Source: an uncultured Pygmaiobacter sp.
GTDB taxonomy: Bacteria > Bacillota > Clostridia > Oscillospirales > Ruminococcaceae
Direction: 5' to 3'
DNA: 50,931 bases
Assembly (NCBI GenBank): GCA_944388335.1
Contig: CALXIJ010000080.1
Coordinates: 1-50,931 of the forward strand
Shown: one piece after another, positions 49,597 through 50,931 of the stretch
Numbering within the stretch: position 1 is the stretch's first letter
Layout: the number at the start of each line of letters is the position of its first letter
Program-made: the position numbers and the translations under genes
Notes under the pieces: generated by a model
Seen by the model: the letters and a program-made list of their open reading frames with translations, nothing else
What the model was told of the DNA's origin: nothing
Databases searched by the model: none

Positions 49597-50225
49597 GTGA
49601 TCTTCTGAATATCGCGCTGCCCAAGGGGCGGCTGGGGGATAAGGTCTACAACCTGCTCGAGAGCATCGGCTACGACTGCCGCGAGATCCGGGAGGACGGG
49701 CGCAAGCTGGTGTTCGAAAATCCGGACACCGGGGTGCGTTACCTGCTGGTCAAGCCCAGCGACGTGGCGATCTATGTCGAACACGGGGCGGCGGACGTCG
49801 GGATTGTGGGAAAGGACATCCTCGAGGAGAGCCGGCCGGATCTGTACGAGCTGCTGGACCTCGGGATCGGGCGTTGCCGGATGGCGGTGGCTGCCCGCAG
49901 CGACTACCGGGAGGACACCTCCCGCACCCTGCGGGTGGCGACCAAGTTCGAGAACATCGCCAAGCGGTACTATGCCACCCTCAACCGGGACATCGAGATC
50001 ATCCGGCTCAACGGCAGCATCGAGCTCGCGCCGCTGCTCGGCCTCTCGGATGTGATTGTCGACATCGTGGAGAGCGGCACCACCATCCGGGAGAACCACC
50101 TCAAGGTGCTCACCGAGTTCATGCAGATCAGTGCGCGATTCATCGCGAACAAATCCAGCTTTAAATTTAAAAATGAGATCATCACCCAGATGACCGAAAA
50201 ACTGAATGGAGTGATCAAGGTATGA
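49593..50225 (+). CDS. hisG: ATP phosphoribosyltransferase, short form
   Basis: IALPKGRL, GIVGKD, RVATKF, GSIELAP, IVDIVESGTT; ATGA overlap with hisZ. Confidence 0.97.
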   Translation: MSDLLNIALPKGRLGDKVYNLLESIGYDCREIREDGRKLVFENPDTGVRYLLVKPSDVAIYVEHGAADVGIVGKDILEESRPDLYELLDLGIGRCRMAVAARSDYREDTSRTLRVATKFENIAKRYYATLNRDIEIIRLNGSIELAPLLGLSDVIVDIVESGTTIRENHLKVLTEFMQISARFIANKSSFKFKNEIITQMTEKLNGVIKV

Positions 50226-50931
50226 TTAGAATACTCAAGGCGGACGAGGTCCCACTTTCCCAGATCCTCAACCGGGATATCCGGGCGGAGGAGGACGTCT
50301 CCCGGATCGTCGACGAGATCCTCGAGAATGTGCGCAAGAGTGGCGATGCGGCGCTGTTTGAATACGCCGAGAAGCTCGACCGGGCCAAGCTGACCGCGCT
50401 GGAGGTGACCGCCGCGGAGATCGATGCCGCATGGGAGGCGGTGGACCCCCATTTCCAAAAGACCCTCGAGATGGCGCGGGAGAACATCGCCGCCTTCCAC
50501 CGCCGCCAGCTGCACGATGACTTTGTCATCACCGACCAGCCCGGGATCGTACTGGGCCAGCGCTACACCCCGATCGAGCGGGTGGGCGTCTATGTGCCGG
50601 GCGGCACCGCGAGCTATCCCAGCACCGTGCTGATGGATGTCGTGCCCGCGAAGCTCGCCGGGGTAAAGGAGATCATCATGGTCACCCCGCCGGCGCCGGA
50701 CGGGAGCATCAAGGCCGAGATCCTCGCTGCCGCCAAGGTCGCGGGGGTGGACCGGATCTTCAAGCTCGGCGGCGCGGGTGCGGTGGCGGCCCTCGCCTAC
50801 GGCACCCAGAGCGTGCCGCGGGTGGACAAGATCGTCGGCCCAGGCAACATCTTTGTCGCGACTGCAAAGCGGAAGGTCTTCGGCCTTGTGGACATCGACA
50901 TGATCGCCGGCCCCAGCGAGATTCTGGTGGT
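50222..50931 (+). CDS. hisD: Histidinol dehydrogenase (runs off the window end)
   Basis: MIRILKADE..., GDAALFEY, RVGVYVPGGTASYPSTVLM, DKIVGPGN, IDMIAGPSEILV; ATGA overlap with hisG. Confidence 0.97.
   Translation, partial: MIRILKADEVPLSQILNRDIRAEEDVSRIVDEILENVRKSGDAALFEYAEKLDRAKLTALEVTAAEIDAAWEAVDPHFQKTLEMARENIAAFHRRQLHDDFVITDQPGIVLGQRYTPIERVGVYVPGGTASYPSTVLMDVVPAKLAGVKEIIMVTPPAPDGSIKAEILAAAKVAGVDRIFKLGGAGAVAALAYGTQSVPRVDKIVGPGNIFVATAKRKVFGLVDIDMIAGPSEILV

Overview
This window is the chromosomal replication-origin region of a fairly GC-rich, probably spore-forming Clostridia-class bacterium (Oscillospiraceae/Ruminococcaceae-like by gene style; inferred). The core (12.6-33.6 kb) is the canonical Firmicutes origin block. 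On the minus strand are dnaA-dnaN-yaaA-recF-remB-gyrB-gyrA. On the plus strand are rpmH-rnpA-yidD-yidC-jag-mnmE-mnmG-rsmG-noc-[2x parS]-soj-spo0J-serS. oriC is bipartite, with a B. subtilis-like unwinding module (DnaA-trios, GC spacer, tandem DnaA boxes) between dnaA and dnaN. The left flank holds a CotH-like gene end, a truncated and frameshifted gene, an OmpR-type two-component system plus htrA, a convergent two-pass membrane trypsin-like protease, spore-coat genes, a DUF2975-XRE-DUF4153 module and DUF1540. The right flank holds tRNA-Arg(CCG), two trkA-like genes, DUF4340-YdbS-YdbT-HAD, tRNA-Met and tRNA-Glu, a GH2, a zinc-ribbon membrane protein, a MATE transporter, gluQ, an AI-2E transporter and hisZ-hisG-hisD (partial). 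I saw no CRISPR array, IS, prophage or rRNA, and no clear-cut new multi-gene system. The best leads are a strand-specific structured RNA between tRNA-Met and tRNA-Glu, unusual residues at both gyrase quinolone pockets, MnmE extended past its terminal CVGK, the paired-protease locus with a shared promoter motif, distal DnaA-box clusters, a dense stem-loop array, and the DUF4340/YdbS/YdbT/membrane-HAD cluster. All family calls are by motif recognition; no database searches were run.
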